A stretch of DNA of 64,000 bases from Psammoneis japonica. Taxonomy: Eukaryota. A program made the position numbers and the translations under genes. Of the stretch, positions 1-12,318 are shown in pieces; the first letter of the stretch is position 1; each line of letters begins with the position of its first letter. The stretch is from positions 496,001 to 560,000 of the forward strand of contig QPGO01000039.1 in assembly GCA_008632985.1 (NCBI GenBank). The letters are read 5' to 3'. The notes beneath the pieces were generated by a model. It had not been told where the DNA came from. It saw nothing but the letters and a program-made list of their open reading frames with translations, and ran no database searches.

Positions 1-986
1 CGCACCGCAACTGCCGCCAGACACGAACACAGCGGTCTGAGAAGGGAAACGTGGAGTTGGGGTTGTTGAAAAAGATTCCATAATTCATCTCGAATCGACG
101 AAATGGGTGGAGTTGCGGTTGATGATCCAAACGGTACTTGCGTTCGGATTTTGCTCAACAGCATGGTGAGACAAAGCAGCTGTGTCCCATCGACGTTGGA
201 AGCAGAAACAATCGACCTGAGCCAGTATCCAAAAGTCGTCCATGCTTCTGGTGCTGCAGTCCATTGTTCCAGAAAACCAGAAGCTTCCGATCGTTGTGCT
301 CGAGTGCTAGAGGGATGTACCAAGGCGAGCGCAGCTTGGGCAACTCGATTGTCCATGGTGAAAGGTGAAAGGCGTTTGTTATGTGGTTCGTACCGGGGAA
401 AAAAAAATGAGTTGCATGATGGCATGTTCGTGTGTCGTGCGTGCGCAAGGGTTCGATCGGGATCAACCATGATGGTGCGGTTGTTGCTGCGGGTTGGAAA
501 GTAAACTGAAAACAGAGAAGACCCACACGAGGAGTCATCCAGAGTCGATGTGCTCATTGACATCTTGGTCAGTCGGTGGCGAGGATAATCTGAAGGACAC
601 CTTTCTTAAAACTCCAGTGGGGCAGAACCATCGAACAGGCAACAGTTGCAGTCATTTGAACACTGCACTGCTCTGCATGAAACGGGGCGTTTGCATGTGC
701 TGCCCGTCCATCAGGTTGACAAATCCCAAATTCGGTGGCACAGCATCCTGCACCTGCAAGCTCGTTGGGATAAACGTCGAACCTCCACTCGTGAATGTCG
801 TTGATCCTCATTTTCCCGCCCACCACACACTCATGTCCTTCATCATTGTGCCCGTCTCGCCAAACTTCAAAATTCACACCAACTCGGGCTCCTGTCCACT
901 TTCCGATAGAGTGTCTGATGTGAATCCACCATCACAGCCTTTGAATGATTCAATCTCAAGTCCCTGGCCTGTCAATGGTGCCCGTT

Positions 987-2112
987 TCAGAGCCAATTTG
1001 GGAGGGCAGAAAAAGTCTTCACATCTGTGCCTGGTGATCTGTGAATCCGCAAAGGCGCACCCAATGGCCTGATGGCTTTCATTTCCAGGAAAGGACAGTC
1101 CACTGGGCATGCATCGCCTGCTCCATTGCCATCAGTGTCAGCCTGATCAGCATTGCGAATAAACGAGCAGTTGTCAATGTAATCGGGAACACCATCACCA
1201 TCAGTGTCACCATTGGAGTCTGCCTGCAAATCCAACATCAACCAACTCATCGAATTGAAACACCCATGCTCTCTAAAAAGCAGCTTTCCATCAAAGAATG
1301 GGTGTTGAGTCGCGAGTCCATCTTCGTTCACTGTGTTGCCGACACTCGCATCCTTCGTCGCCATTCCAGTGGCACCTTTCACCGGATCGTGCACCCACAC
1401 ACTGGATTGGAATCCGGCAGCACCAGCAAACCCAACAAAATGGTTGAAGATCAACTTTCCATCAGAGGCAGACAGACAGCAAATTCGTGAATGCTTGCCA
1501 TTGTTGCCGACATTCTTAATCATCTCAAGAGTGTCTTTGATGGGATCGCACACGAAAAGTGATCTTCCGCATGTTTTGTCTTGAGCGATGAAATGCAGCT
1601 TGCCATTCAACAGTGCAAGCCCTTCTGACCATGGCGGCACAGGGAATGGTTTGTAGCTGGCCAATGCCCGAGTTGAGCCGCTAGTTGGATCGTGCATCCA
1701 GAGGTCACGGAATCGCGAGTGGGTGCTGTTGCTGGATTTGAAGTGCAGCTTTCCATCGAGTGAAGTCATTGACCTCACAAATGCCAAATTTTGCTTCACC
1801 AACGTTGTTCTGGTTTTGTCCAAGTTGTGCGCAAAGACCTCTTCAGATCCACAAGCACCATCTTTGAAATGCAAGGTTCTGTCTGCTGGTGTTAAACTTT
1901 CAAAGCCAGTCTCCGTCTTTTTTGACCGAAACACCTTTTTGATTCTGACGGGTTCCAGCCCCAGGTGGGACTCCGTGTGACATTGGGCCCGTAGAATTCT
2001 GGGTGCGAGCTCCGCAGCAACTTTGTGCTGCAATGAAAATGCAAATGATTGCCAACAGAAAAAGAGGCAATTTTATGAACGCATCTCCTCCTTCATGCTT
2101 GGAGCACATCAT
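987..2112 (-). pseudogene. Secreted beta-propeller (ELWxxDGT-like repeat) protein with thrombospondin type-3 Ca-binding repeat; frameshifted and Tyr-depleted
   Basis: Repeats LDGKLHF, LNGKLHF, DLWMHDP, VWVHDP (expected GKLYF, LWxYDP). TSP3 motif DGDGVPDYIDNC...NADQADTDGNGAGDACP. A signal-like LFLLAIICIFIAA lies in another frame (1900-2112). Confidence 0.65.
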
Positions 2113-2305
2113 CGACAGTTTGCCCGGGTGTGTTCTTCAGACATTAAAGAACATGCCCAGCACATTTTCATTCTCACAAATGTTGAAAATAGAAAGCCTT
2201 TGGCTTCGCAAAACAGGGAGCATGAAACAATTTCGTAGAATGTCACACGCAGAAATGTGCATGTGCGACATGCGACGTGATCCAAAAAACTGTTGATGTC
2301 ACAGT

Positions 2306-2935
2306 TCAGCAGTGTGAGGTCCCACCTGGAGCTGGAACGCGTTTTCTGTTGCTCGCAGGATCATGCACAGCCAAATCACGCTTCTCACAGCAAGCAAAGT
2401 AGAGCTTTCCATTCATTGGTGTTAATTCGCTTGGGATCATGTTGCGTCCTGGCTTTCGCGTTGTTTCCTGAAACGGACTGTGCACCCAGAGCTCGTTGCA
2501 AGCCGAGAAGCACAGCTTTCCACCCAATGCCGTCAAAGACTCGGCAAGAATTCTCTTTTGTACGCTCCTCTCTGCTGCCTCGACGGTTTCAATTTCGTGA
2601 GTGAAACAATCGCACGCATGCATGTGCCATCCAGCAGGGGGATGGGAATCATCATCGATGAAATGCAGCTTTCCATTGTCCAGGGCAGTTCCGTCAATGT
2701 GCCTGTGCACCCCCTCACACGAGTGAACTTGCATGGTGAAGACAGATGACGTTCGACCAACTGACTGTCCACATCCACATTGGACGGTGGCTGCATCAAT
2801 GTCGCACGGGAGCTGCTCTTTGTTGTTTGCACTGACAGTGCCATCAGGCAGCTCATCGTTGCCAGCACCGTTGCTGCCAGGGAAGCTGAAACCGAAAAGC
2901 AGTGCCAAAAACACCCAAGAAGTCAGACGCATCAT
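2306..2935 (-). pseudogene. Second tandem ELWxxDGT-like repeat secreted protein, truncated
   Basis: Signal peptide MMRLTSWVFLALLFGFS. Repeats NGKLHF, GGKLCF, NGKLYF (one Tyr survives), ELWVHSP, LAVHDP. Confidence 0.6.
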
Positions 2936-3435
2936 TCTCGTTCTGGTTCGCTGATGAACACGTTCAATGTGAATTGTGAGCTGATTGATGCACCGATGCA
3001 CACGAAATGCGAACCCCCGCAGGCCTGGGGGGAAGTCTGCTTTGGAGACCCTGCTTGCCAAATAATGTACTGTCCGTCTGTGCGTTTGGGGTCTTCCCAG
3101 TACAATTTATTTGTAGGGCGCACAGAAAACACGTACGGTAAGGTACTGTACGATCTGTCAAGACGAAACCCTAAACGCACTGATTGACAGACTTCGTCAG
3201 TACAAATTCTACGTAAGTTTCTTCGACGATTTCACTGCCAAAGCACGTCCCCATCCCAGGCCGCATCAGGGGTCATTCGCCCATGAGCTGATGCCGTCGC
3301 TCGCCCCACACTCTTTTCTTTCCTATAAAATACTCAACAACGACTCTTTACACTCCCTGAATCACACTTTAGTTTGTCCATATATTGCATGAAACACATA
3401 CAAGTTTGTTGATTCGCTATTATTTTTTTTTCAAA

Positions 3436-5256
3436 ATGGTTTCTGCTCGAACAAACGGTCTGAAGCAACGACACGACTTGGATGAAAACAAGTATAGCAA
3501 AAAGAAAAAGCTTCGAAGAAAGCAGCGACGAAAAAGCAGCAGTAGTAGTAGTACCCTATCCTACTACAGGGGCGCAATTGTGTTTTGTGTAGTGCTACTG
3601 TGCTGGCTGTATGCACGGAGGCACTGGAGTTGGAAGCAACAACAGCTAAAGCTGGCTCGATTGAAGCGTGCGTATTCGTTGGAGAGAGTTCGACAACAAG
3701 ATACAGATGAAAAGAAGTCTAGAAGCGAAAAACATGAGTCGTTTCATCCACCTCTCCAGGTGGACGAAGAAAAGCCGCAAGCACTTGAGGACGAAAAGCC
3801 GCAGCCCCAGAGCGCGAATTGGAAAGATCAGTACTCCAGAGAGGATCTCGAACACGCTATGAAGGTGCTGAACCACGATATTGTTTCCAATCGCCACGGC
3901 GGCATACGCTTTCTCAATCCCATTTGGTTACCAAGTCTTCCCGGTGGCTTTACCAACCCTGCCATGGAAAGCAAACCACGACCCGACAGAAAGAAAAAAG
4001 GTCGCATGCAGCCCTTCTTCAAGGTTTCTCAGCGAAATACGAAATTTGCATTTGAAAACGAAGAGTGGGACGAAACGGCTGGACCAAAGGTGGATTACAC
4101 GCTAGACAAACATTACGAGTATGCGCCAAGACTTGAGGAACCGCCAGCGGAAGGTGGGTACCCGCATTTGGAACCACTGGAGACAGTCATGACCCGTTGG
4201 CCACAGGACGCTATTGACTCACCACCTGTACCCATCAAGGAGGAGCTACAGAGATTTGATTACAGCAATCCCGAGGAACTTGCCATGGCTATCAAGTTTC
4301 GAGACAAGGAATTGCCATTCAAGCTCTATAATGTTCCAGAACTGCAAGAGGCTGGGCTCAAATGGACCGACGAATACCTTGCCGGGCAATTTGATGATGG
4401 CGCTCGAGGCATTGATAGCTTTGAAAGGGAGGGTTTGGGAATGAATCCTTTCAAAAACCTACTGCGGAGAGGACATGACGAGAACTTGCCACCACCGCCC
4501 AAAGCTTCGGGGCAATGTCAAGAATCCAATGACAATTTCTTTTCCTTCTATATTCCAGCTTCGTGGGATGTCAACACCATGGGATTGCCACCGACACGCA
4601 ACAATGACTTTACCTTTGAGCGGTTTGCGTCTCATGCCCGCTACGCCGACTCGACCAGTCTTAGCTTTGATAAGCCACACTTTTATTGGCAAGCCGGTGT
4701 GCCGCGGGAAGAACGCATGCAACCCAAGTCGGAATGGAGTTTTATATCGAGAGACTTGCCGTCGTGGTCCTCGCCCGAGCCCAACTTTTTCATGTTTGAA
4801 ATTGAAAGCCAAAAGGGTATTCAATGCCGTTTTGGAGAACGCGGTGTGACGGCAGCGACACACTACGACGCGGGACGAAACATGATTGCCATGGTGACGG
4901 GCGCCAAGCGATACGTGTTGAGTCCTCCCAATCAGTGTTCGAAACTGGGAATCATCAATCTACGGGGTCAACCGGCCTTTCGACACTCGCTTTTAAATTT
5001 TGCGCACCTGGAACATGTGAATGATTTGGAGAATGAAATGTCTACAGAAGAGCGACAATGGTTGGAGAAGGCCAAAACCAGTTTGGCGGTGGATACCGTG
5101 TTGAAGGCGGGAGAAGTATTGTACATTCCAAGCCACTGGTTCCATTACATTACAAGTTTACAAAAGAGCGCCCAATGCAACGCACGATCAGGGCGAGAAC
5201 GAGTGGGCACGGCGGAATTTGGAGGCTTTGATGATGTAGACAGGTGTGAAGATTAG
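3436..5256 (+). CDS. JmjC/cupin-like 2OG-Fe(II) oxygenase with N-terminal TM anchor
   Basis: HYD...N motif, VTGAKRYVLSPP, LKAGEVLYIPSHWFH. TM segment AIVFCVVLLCWLY. Confidence 0.88.
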   Translation: MVSARTNGLKQRHDLDENKYSKKKKLRRKQRRKSSSSSSTLSYYRGAIVFCVVLLCWLYARRHWSWKQQQLKLARLKRAYSLERVRQQDTDEKKSRSEKHESFHPPLQVDEEKPQALEDEKPQPQSANWKDQYSREDLEHAMKVLNHDIVSNRHGGIRFLNPIWLPSLPGGFTNPAMESKPRPDRKKKGRMQPFFKVSQRNTKFAFENEEWDETAGPKVDYTLDKHYEYAPRLEEPPAEGGYPHLEPLETVMTRWPQDAIDSPPVPIKEELQRFDYSNPEELAMAIKFRDKELPFKLYNVPELQEAGLKWTDEYLAGQFDDGARGIDSFEREGLGMNPFKNLLRRGHDENLPPPPKASGQCQESNDNFFSFYIPASWDVNTMGLPPTRNNDFTFERFASHARYADSTSLSFDKPHFYWQAGVPREERMQPKSEWSFISRDLPSWSSPEPNFFMFEIESQKGIQCRFGERGVTAATHYDAGRNMIAMVTGAKRYVLSPPNQCSKLGIINLRGQPAFRHSLLNFAHLEHVNDLENEMSTEERQWLEKAKTSLAVDTVLKAGEVLYIPSHWFHYITSLQKSAQCNARSGRERVGTAEFGGFDDVDRCED

Positions 5257-5643
5257 GAAACGGCAATCACAATGTGCCTCCTGAAATTTGTTCACTGCGT
5301 CTACAAAGGCGACTTGAAACTGGAAATAGCCACTACAATCAATGTTCTCAAATAGCGAATAAATCAGCATAACAGAGAAGCACTGAGATGTGTAAGTGGG
5401 TGCGGTTACCTCTTCAGCACTACGAAGCGTTCATCGTTTAGTGTTTGATGATACGTAAGGACACCTTGAATCAGTTATACTACCAAAAGGTACTGAAAGC
5501 GGCCTGCTCTTGGTACCGGTAAATGGCCGCACAAAAAATGTGGCAAAACAGCGCAAAGGAATCCAGCAGCCGCAATACTGCCTTTCAGCTCCATTCGATC
5601 ATACACCAGAAAAAAAAAGTGCAATCTAAACTGTAATCTATTT

Positions 5644-7097
5644 CTATTTTTCGTGATCTACCAAGGACAAATCGTCAACCGGCGCGTTGGTCGATGTGGT
5701 GATTTTCATGTTTTTCACATTGTAATTTTGTTTCTCTTCTCTCTTTGTGCTTTCGTCATTGGATTCAGCATAGATCACGTAGTGCTGCAGCAAAAATATA
5801 ATCTTTGAGAAAATGAGAACCGAGAGTGAGTGGTGTCTGTTTTTTCGAAGGATCAAAAATGATTTCAACTCTAGCAACCGGAGACGGTACTTACATCAAA
5901 CATGATTGTAAGGAAACCCAGCGCAAACTTTGCCATGTTTCCTGTAACACCAGTCCAATCATGCATGTCAATTGCGTCAAAAACAACCTGTAGCATGCAG
6001 AGCGTTCCGCCCACAGCTTCCAAAAAGTTGTACCAAATGTTCCATCCCTTTGTCGATTTTCGTTCCATGTTGAAAAGGACCTGTTTTGAATATTTGGTCA
6101 ACGTGCAGGATATCTTTAGGAAAGACAGCATATAAAAGTAATCCAACCACTTGTGAAAGGGGAGAATACCAGAAAATAGCAGTACTGGACCAACAAGCGT
6201 TGGTGTGACAATGCAAAAGAGTAGTATCCAAGTTTGACGTTTGATCCGTAGTGGCCAACCGTCGTTGCTGCTGTACCATATGATTTGAAAGACATAAATA
6301 AACGACAACGTCATGGCGTGCAGGGCAAAGAGCACGTCATTCGACTGAACTGTGTTGTCACTGGCTTTGAATCGTTCTCGATACAATTGCTTAATTTCGC
6401 CATCAAAATACATGGCACATTCGTACAAGGCAAAGCAGGTCCAACCCAAGAGATTCAACACGGCAAAATCATGACTTAGTCCCAAGGTCGATTTTCGTCT
6501 GTAGTTCAAAATGACTTGGGGATAAAAGCAAACCGACCAACAAAGGAAGTACGTATAACCCAACATGGAACTGGTTGCTCGAAAATCGGGCGTCAAGTGT
6601 TCATCCTTGGGCATGATTAATCCTAACGCGATGCCAACGCTTGACAACGCCAACAATCCGGACGCCAATTTTGTCGGTGATCCCGTGTCATCTGTAAAGG
6701 GAATCATGAGCGAGTTCTTGAAGTTTCCCAAATACTGCGTCGACAGAGTCACAATTGATGATGCCGTAGACCATGATGCAAGAGACGACTGAGAGCGATT
6801 GTCATCGTCCTCGGTGTCGGTTACATCCCAGAGAAAGGAGGAAGAAGAATCTTCTCGAATAGTTCTTGTTGGTTGAACGCTGCTCGGTTCGTCTTGCGTC
6901 TTTGCTAATGCATCTAAACCGGAACTGGACTTATGAGAAATCAGCGGTGTTTTCTCATTGTGATAAGGATCAAAAGCGGAAGAAGTTTTCCGTGAAGTGG
7001 GCGCCAGCGGTGTTCGGTCTACGTAAAGAAAGCCCGACCTCGGCGGTGGTGGTTCCTTGTCATTCTCTTCTAGGTCTTCCCAGTCAGGAGTTGACAT
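5644..7097 (-). CDS. CTNS: Cystinosin-like PQ-loop lysosomal transporter (2 exons; intron 5803-5894)
   Basis: WSVCFYPQVILNYRRKSTLGLSHDF, NDVLFALHA, RKSTKGWNI, then FD|IIFLLQHYVIY after a GTAAGT..AG intron. Confidence 0.88.
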
Positions 7098-7650
7098 GAT
7101 TGGGTGACTCTAACAGTGGGTCCAGTAATTGGTAGGGCTTCACAATTACAGCAGCAATAAGTGCAGCAGCTGCTTACGTCGTCGGCAGTCGTGTGAGAGG
7201 TGATAGCAAAAAGCAAAAATGAAGGGAGAAGATGGAGAGCGATGAAATTGTGAGCAAATCCAACGCCGACCTGAAACACGTGGACGAAAGTGCAAGCTAG
7301 AAAAATCGCAAGTATCGAAAAGCTGCATTATTATTCTATTCAAGATAGCATATGAATTTATTGTGCACTCCGATCAAAATTGAAGTGAGTGTGTCCGATT
7401 ATCTCACGAACGGGTGCGCTATCTACATCATGCCGGATACGCAAGGCTCAGAGGTACCCGGTTTGCAAATTGCACCATGGCAGACTGGAAGCCGATAGAT
7501 ATCACGGCTCCTTCCGAGAGGTAGGGCCCTACCGGTAGCACGTACGTTGTCACCGCAGTCACTGAATCCGAGATGGAAGCTACCATACACTGACGACTGA
7601 CTGCAAAGGGTACGAAAAGCAAGATAGATGCCGCCCGGGGACCAGTGCTT

Positions 7651-8600
7651 TTAGAGCTCGAATCCAATTGACTGGAGACGCTCCACACGATCTTCAGGGA
7701 GACGTTTCCTATTTTTCTTTTGTCTCTGAACCCAGTTCGCCAACTGCGGGCTTTCACTATAATTCCATGGTACTCGACAGTGTCCATTCTCTTGCTTGTA
7801 CATTATGAGCGCTTCGAACATTTTATCCCACAATGCTTCATTGACTGACCAAACAAAGCCAATGTCTTCCATACGTTTCTTCCGGTCAGGGGTCAAAGAG
7901 TCCTTGTAGATTCTCTGAATCGCGACCCACTTGCCGAGCTTTGGGTTATCTTTGTAGCTCTGTGACGATGAGAGGAATTGAGAAAGTTACTTTCTGTGAG
8001 GCACACTGCAAGGCTTTACCAAATCGATTTCAGCTGACGCAAAACAGGACTTGCCTGAGGAACTAGACAATCGCCATGCTCAGCTTTATATTCAACCTGA
8101 TGGTACAGAGATTGGTCGTGAGATAGGAAAGAAAGGCTTCGATGCATTGAGCGGCTCCACCACAGCGACATACCAATTGATCAAACATTTCATCCCAACT
8201 TTCCAACTTTCGAACAAGGAAGACGAATCCAATCTCTTCGAGCTTTCTTCTTCTTTCTTTTTCCAAGTTGTCTTTTCTTTTTCGTTGATAGCATACCCAT
8301 TTCCCTTTTCACAAACAAAGAAAAGAGTTTCGTGATGAGTCGAAAATGATGCTATAAATGGTACAAAAGTGCTCGCAAACGTTGCAATAAAACGGGACGA
8401 CGCCACGAATCGTTGAAACTTAAACTTACCGAGTTTTGGATCGTCCAGGTGTCGTTGCGGTACCAAGCAGTCACCATGGACGGCCTTGTACTCGAGTAAT
8501 CTCTCATACATGATGTTCCATTGATCATTATTGACCGGACGCGGAAAGGACTTTTTCTTTTTTTGTTTTTGCTGTTGCTGCCAGACGAATCCTCTTCGGT
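7651..8600 (-). CDS. Helicase-associated (HA) domain repeat protein, multi-exon, C-terminal part
   Basis: WNIMYERLLEYKAVHGDCLVP, WDKMFEALIMYKQENGHCRVP...LANWVQRQ...RVERLQSIGF. GTAAGT donor at 8429. Confidence 0.8.
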
Positions 8601-8650
8601 CGTCGTTGGCGGAATCGGATCAAAATCACCACGAACATGATGATTCCCTT

Positions 8651-9970
8651 TCAAATTGTGAAGGGACTTTGCTCCCCCTGAAAAGTGCTGGAATTCACAT
8701 CAGCTGATGAGACATACTCTTCGCCGTCTTCTTGCTGAGGACTGTAGCAGCGATTACTACTACTGTTCTTGCTTTTGATAGCACTGGCCGCAAATCGAGT
8801 CGATGGGGGACACTTCTGCTCTACAGTTTCCGGGAATATTTTATGTTGATCTTTCACAGTTTGCACTCGCGGCACGGAGTAGTACTTCTCTGCTTCTTCT
8901 TCGAGCCGAGTTGCTCGTGGTTTGTCTAGCCTCCTGCTGCAGCTATTACTGGCGCCCCGAACATCAATCTTGGCACGCCGCTTTTTGACGGGACCAACCT
9001 CGGATCGGTTAGCCTGTGATCCTTCCTTTCGCATACGCTTTCGAGTGACTAGCGTGTCTTGTGGCGGTGTCTGTTGAAGATCTGTCTCCTCCCCGAGAGA
9101 ACGGTCGCCTTGTTGTTTTTGATGATCAACAACGCCTGGTAACGCTGCCGCAGGAGTGGCTCTGGAATGACTAATGCAGTTGTATGGACGAGAAGGATTC
9201 GGACTAACAGCTAGTCCGCCTCGATGGCTGATGCTTGAAGTCATTCTTGCTAGAGAAGAGGCAGAAGAAGTCGCAGGAGGAAAAATAGCACCTGCATTAC
9301 TGTGATGCAAAGACGTCGTCGGCGCAGAGAAGGCCGAAGTTGCAGTCCGTAGGATTCGTCGCTCTGCATCGAGAGTTAGTCTTGGTGGGTCGAGACCATA
9401 GTTTTGGGGTGAAGGCAATGAAGATATTGATGGTATATAAGATCGAGCACCGTAGAGAGAGGAACAATGTTGGTCATTGTGCTGCTCTCGCAGCGGGAGC
9501 GTACTCCTGGATGATGGTGACAGAGGCGCATGCCCATATGATAATAAAGAAGAAGCTGCTGTTGGTAAAAGGGAGGCCGACGTAGAAGCCCCATAAGGGT
9601 TTCCATCGTAATATGTTGGCGGTTGATGAGCATACAGGATGGAAGCTACTTGACGCTGCTGTTGTTGTTGCACTAGTAGTGCTGCTGCGGTGGTTCTTGT
9701 TCTTAGGTCTTCTGATGAGGAAGTGTTCGCGAGAGATGCAAGGTACATGTTGGGATCAGCAGCTGCCATTAGCTGTTGTTGACGTAGCAACATCGAACCT
9801 GACAGAATAGCAGACGGATTAATGCTACTAGTCGCAATGTTATGATGATGTCGGAGATGGGGATTCGTCGGGTCAAAGTTGCTGTCATCCCGATCTCTCT
9901 CGTCCTGCAACGCTCCATTTGTTTCATCCCCTTGGCTAGATATTTCCCCTCTTTTTCTTTGATCGTTCAT
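8651..9970 (-). CDS. Low-complexity Q/S/A-rich ORF, probable N-terminus of the HA-domain gene (join unresolved)
   Basis: Long open frame directly upstream of the HA exons on the same strand. In-frame stops at ~8620-8650 require an intron or frameshift that I could not place. Confidence 0.55.
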   Translation of the reverse strand: MNDQRKRGEISSQGDETNGALQDERDRDDSNFDPTNPHLRHHHNIATSSINPSAILSGSMLLRQQQLMAAADPNMYLASLANTSSSEDLRTRTTAAALLVQQQQQRQVASILYAHQPPTYYDGNPYGASTSASLLPTAASSLLSYGHAPLSPSSRSTLPLREQHNDQHCSSLYGARSYIPSISSLPSPQNYGLDPPRLTLDAERRILRTATSAFSAPTTSLHHSNAGAIFPPATSSASSLARMTSSISHRGGLAVSPNPSRPYNCISHSRATPAAALPGVVDHQKQQGDRSLGEETDLQQTPPQDTLVTRKRMRKEGSQANRSEVGPVKKRRAKIDVRGASNSCSRRLDKPRATRLEEEAEKYYSVPRVQTVKDQHKIFPETVEQKCPPSTRFAASAIKSKNSSSNRCYSPQQEDGEEYVSSADVNSSTFQGEQSPFTI

Positions 9971-10657
9971 TTCTTTCTTTTCGCCCGGCTTCTCAGCACT
10001 ACGCCTGACAGAATCGTGACTTTCTTGGGAATACAAATAATATGACAAGACCTGCTTCTTGCCAGAGTGTATCAAAGACGTTGTGAGAGTCCTCTCTTCT
10101 GAAACAGGCCGGAAACGTCGGGATACGTAATGAAATCACACTCGTAAACTTCGATTTACTTCGCCGCCATAGCGCTTTTCTCACCTCGCGACCACACGCA
10201 GAGGCAAGCACTCGATTTATGAGAGGCGGTGCAAGGTGCAAGCACAACTTTTTCATCATTTGAACATCAAAGTCTACGCAGGTTATAAAAGTATTCTATG
10301 TCTTCAAGTTCGAATAAGTGGTTTCCGAGGGCACGTGCTGGTGTGCTTCAGCTGGTACAGAAGACGTACTGCTGTACGGCACTGCATTTTGTTCCATTTC
10401 GTCTGATATTCAGCGAACGGCATTTCCCTGTCACTAATAGAGACACTATCAGTGATACTATCTGATGAATGAAATTAAGGATGAATATGTAAATTAAAGA
10501 AATGTCATCTTCTAAACATTTAGAGGAAATCTCAAATACTTCGTGAGAAAAAGAACCAAAAACCGACCAATTTTGAAAAAGTCTAATTTCGTAGCGAGAA
10601 ACTCAAATCGGTCATTATTCACCGAAAACCGAAACAAAGCACACAGTATCAGCGACC

Positions 10658-11596
10658 ATGATGGCAGGGCCAATGGAAGCGTCTTACTTAGTAGTCCCCG
10701 GTCAAGTAATCGCCACAGCTTCTCTGGAACAACAAGAAGAGGATGGGGGCTTTCTACGAGGTCATGGAACTTACATTGAAAAAGTTTTGCAGAACGATGG
10801 AGAGCCGCAACAACGACTGGTTGCAAGTGTCGCTGGGACGGTGGAGCGAGTCAACAAGCTAATCAGTGTTATTCCTGTTGCATCGTCTCTCTATGAAGGC
10901 CATGTGGGAGACTTGGTGGTTGGAAGAATTGTGTCGGTTGGAAACAACCGATGGAAAGTCGGTTTGGGGTCAAGTTTTCGAAACGCTCAGCTCCTACTTT
11001 CGGGTGTGCATCTTCCCGGAGGTGTTCAGCGAGTAAGAACGGCCGAGGATGCCCGTGATATGCGCCAGTTTTTTGCTGAAGGTGACTTGGTTAGTGCTGA
11101 AGTGCACAATGTTCATCAGGATGGTGCTCTGGTCCTGCACACCAGGTCCATGAGGTACGGAAAACTCGAGAATGGATGCCTAGTTCAAGTTCCCCCGGCA
11201 CTTGTACCTCGACAGAAAAATCATTACACGACGTTATTGGGAATGGATGTATTGTGGGGAACCAACGGGTATATTTGGATTCAGCGATCGCTTTCTTCTT
11301 TCCAAGGCGACGCTGTAAGCGATAGTGCCAACGCAGACGTTGCTCCATCGCAGTTGGCTGAAACACAGGAGGTTCTGCGAAAGCGTCATGCGGAAACTTC
11401 AGTGCTGCCGGATGAACGAAAAAATATTTCTCGCTTACGCAACTCGATTGAATGCTTGGTACTTGTCCATTCAATGATTACTCCAGAATCTACTGAGACT
11501 GTTTATCAAGAGAGTCTAACCAGAGGAATGGAAGTAAAGGATATGCTGCAACCTTCTGCGGTGATACAGTTGACTGAATCTTTTCGAAACAAATGA
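10658..11596 (+). CDS. RRP4: Exosome complex component RRP4 (EXOSC2)
   Basis: FLRGHGTY, ASVAGTVERVNKLISV, YEGHVGDLVVGRI, EGDLVSAEV, LHTRSMRYGKLENG, GTNGYIWI. Confidence 0.95.
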   Translation: MMAGPMEASYLVVPGQVIATASLEQQEEDGGFLRGHGTYIEKVLQNDGEPQQRLVASVAGTVERVNKLISVIPVASSLYEGHVGDLVVGRIVSVGNNRWKVGLGSSFRNAQLLLSGVHLPGGVQRVRTAEDARDMRQFFAEGDLVSAEVHNVHQDGALVLHTRSMRYGKLENGCLVQVPPALVPRQKNHYTTLLGMDVLWGTNGYIWIQRSLSSFQGDAVSDSANADVAPSQLAETQEVLRKRHAETSVLPDERKNISRLRNSIECLVLVHSMITPESTETVYQESLTRGMEVKDMLQPSAVIQLTESFRNK

Positions 11597-11835
11597 CAGC
11601 TCAATAAGAGCATGCATGACTAGGCTAAGAAATGGAAAGGGTGATGCGTTGTGCCAGCGTAAGCCTCGATTAGTCGTACCGTACCCAAAAGAGATCGAGA
11701 CGCGAAGTGGAACCTAGGCAAGGCATCTGGGCACCAATTTTAAAATTGTAGCTGAGCCATAAACACATTTCAGCTGAACCATAATCAGCCTTTCGTTTTA
11801 TTCTATAAAACAATTCACGTTAGGAACCAATTCTT

Positions 11836-12318
11836 TCATTCTACAACGTGTCGCCGAGGCAAGTTACCCCTTTCCGGCAGAACATACCGATGGGAATCTT
11901 CGAGTACACGAGCGGCTGATGCATCTCGAGATCTTTGATGAGAGCTTCGCGCCCGTTCCACTTGCTCTTTGAACCGCTTGGTGGCTTCTTTTGCCATTGT
12001 TCCGTCTCCAAAGGATTCGTCATAATCCGCTGGCATGTGGTCAAATTGTTGTTGCCTCTGGAGTTCATCCAAGCGCATGTTGATGAGATCTTCGACAATT
12101 GCATTTCTGGCGTCCTTGTCATGTTTTTCATGCCTTATAACTTTGAAACCATCATCAGCTACGTCGCCACTCGTACTACTAGCATTCCAACGCCATGTGA
12201 ATAGAATCAGCAGCGCGACCAGTCCAACAACGATCGCCCCAATCGTCAAAGCTTTCTTTCGTTCTTGACGATTCCGCTTTTCGTACTTGTTGTCGTCATC
12301 CGTTAGAGAAGAGCTCAT
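11836..12318 (-). CDS. Hypothetical single-pass membrane protein
   Basis: 160-aa ORF with TM segment ALTIGAIVVGLVALLILFTW. Confidence 0.6.
   Translation of the reverse strand: MSSSLTDDDNKYEKRNRQERKKALTIGAIVVGLVALLILFTWRWNASSTSGDVADDGFKVIRHEKHDKDARNAIVEDLINMRLDELQRQQQFDHMPADYDESFGDGTMAKEATKRFKEQVERARSSHQRSRDASAARVLEDSHRYVLPERGNLPRRHVVE

Larger units (their letters stand above)
510..3055. other. TpA-depleted island 1 (partial depletion, CpG retained)
   Basis: About 19 TA dinucleotides in ~2.5 kb by manual count. Abrupt return to TA-rich sequence at ~3060 (aataatgtactg). Confidence 0.85.
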
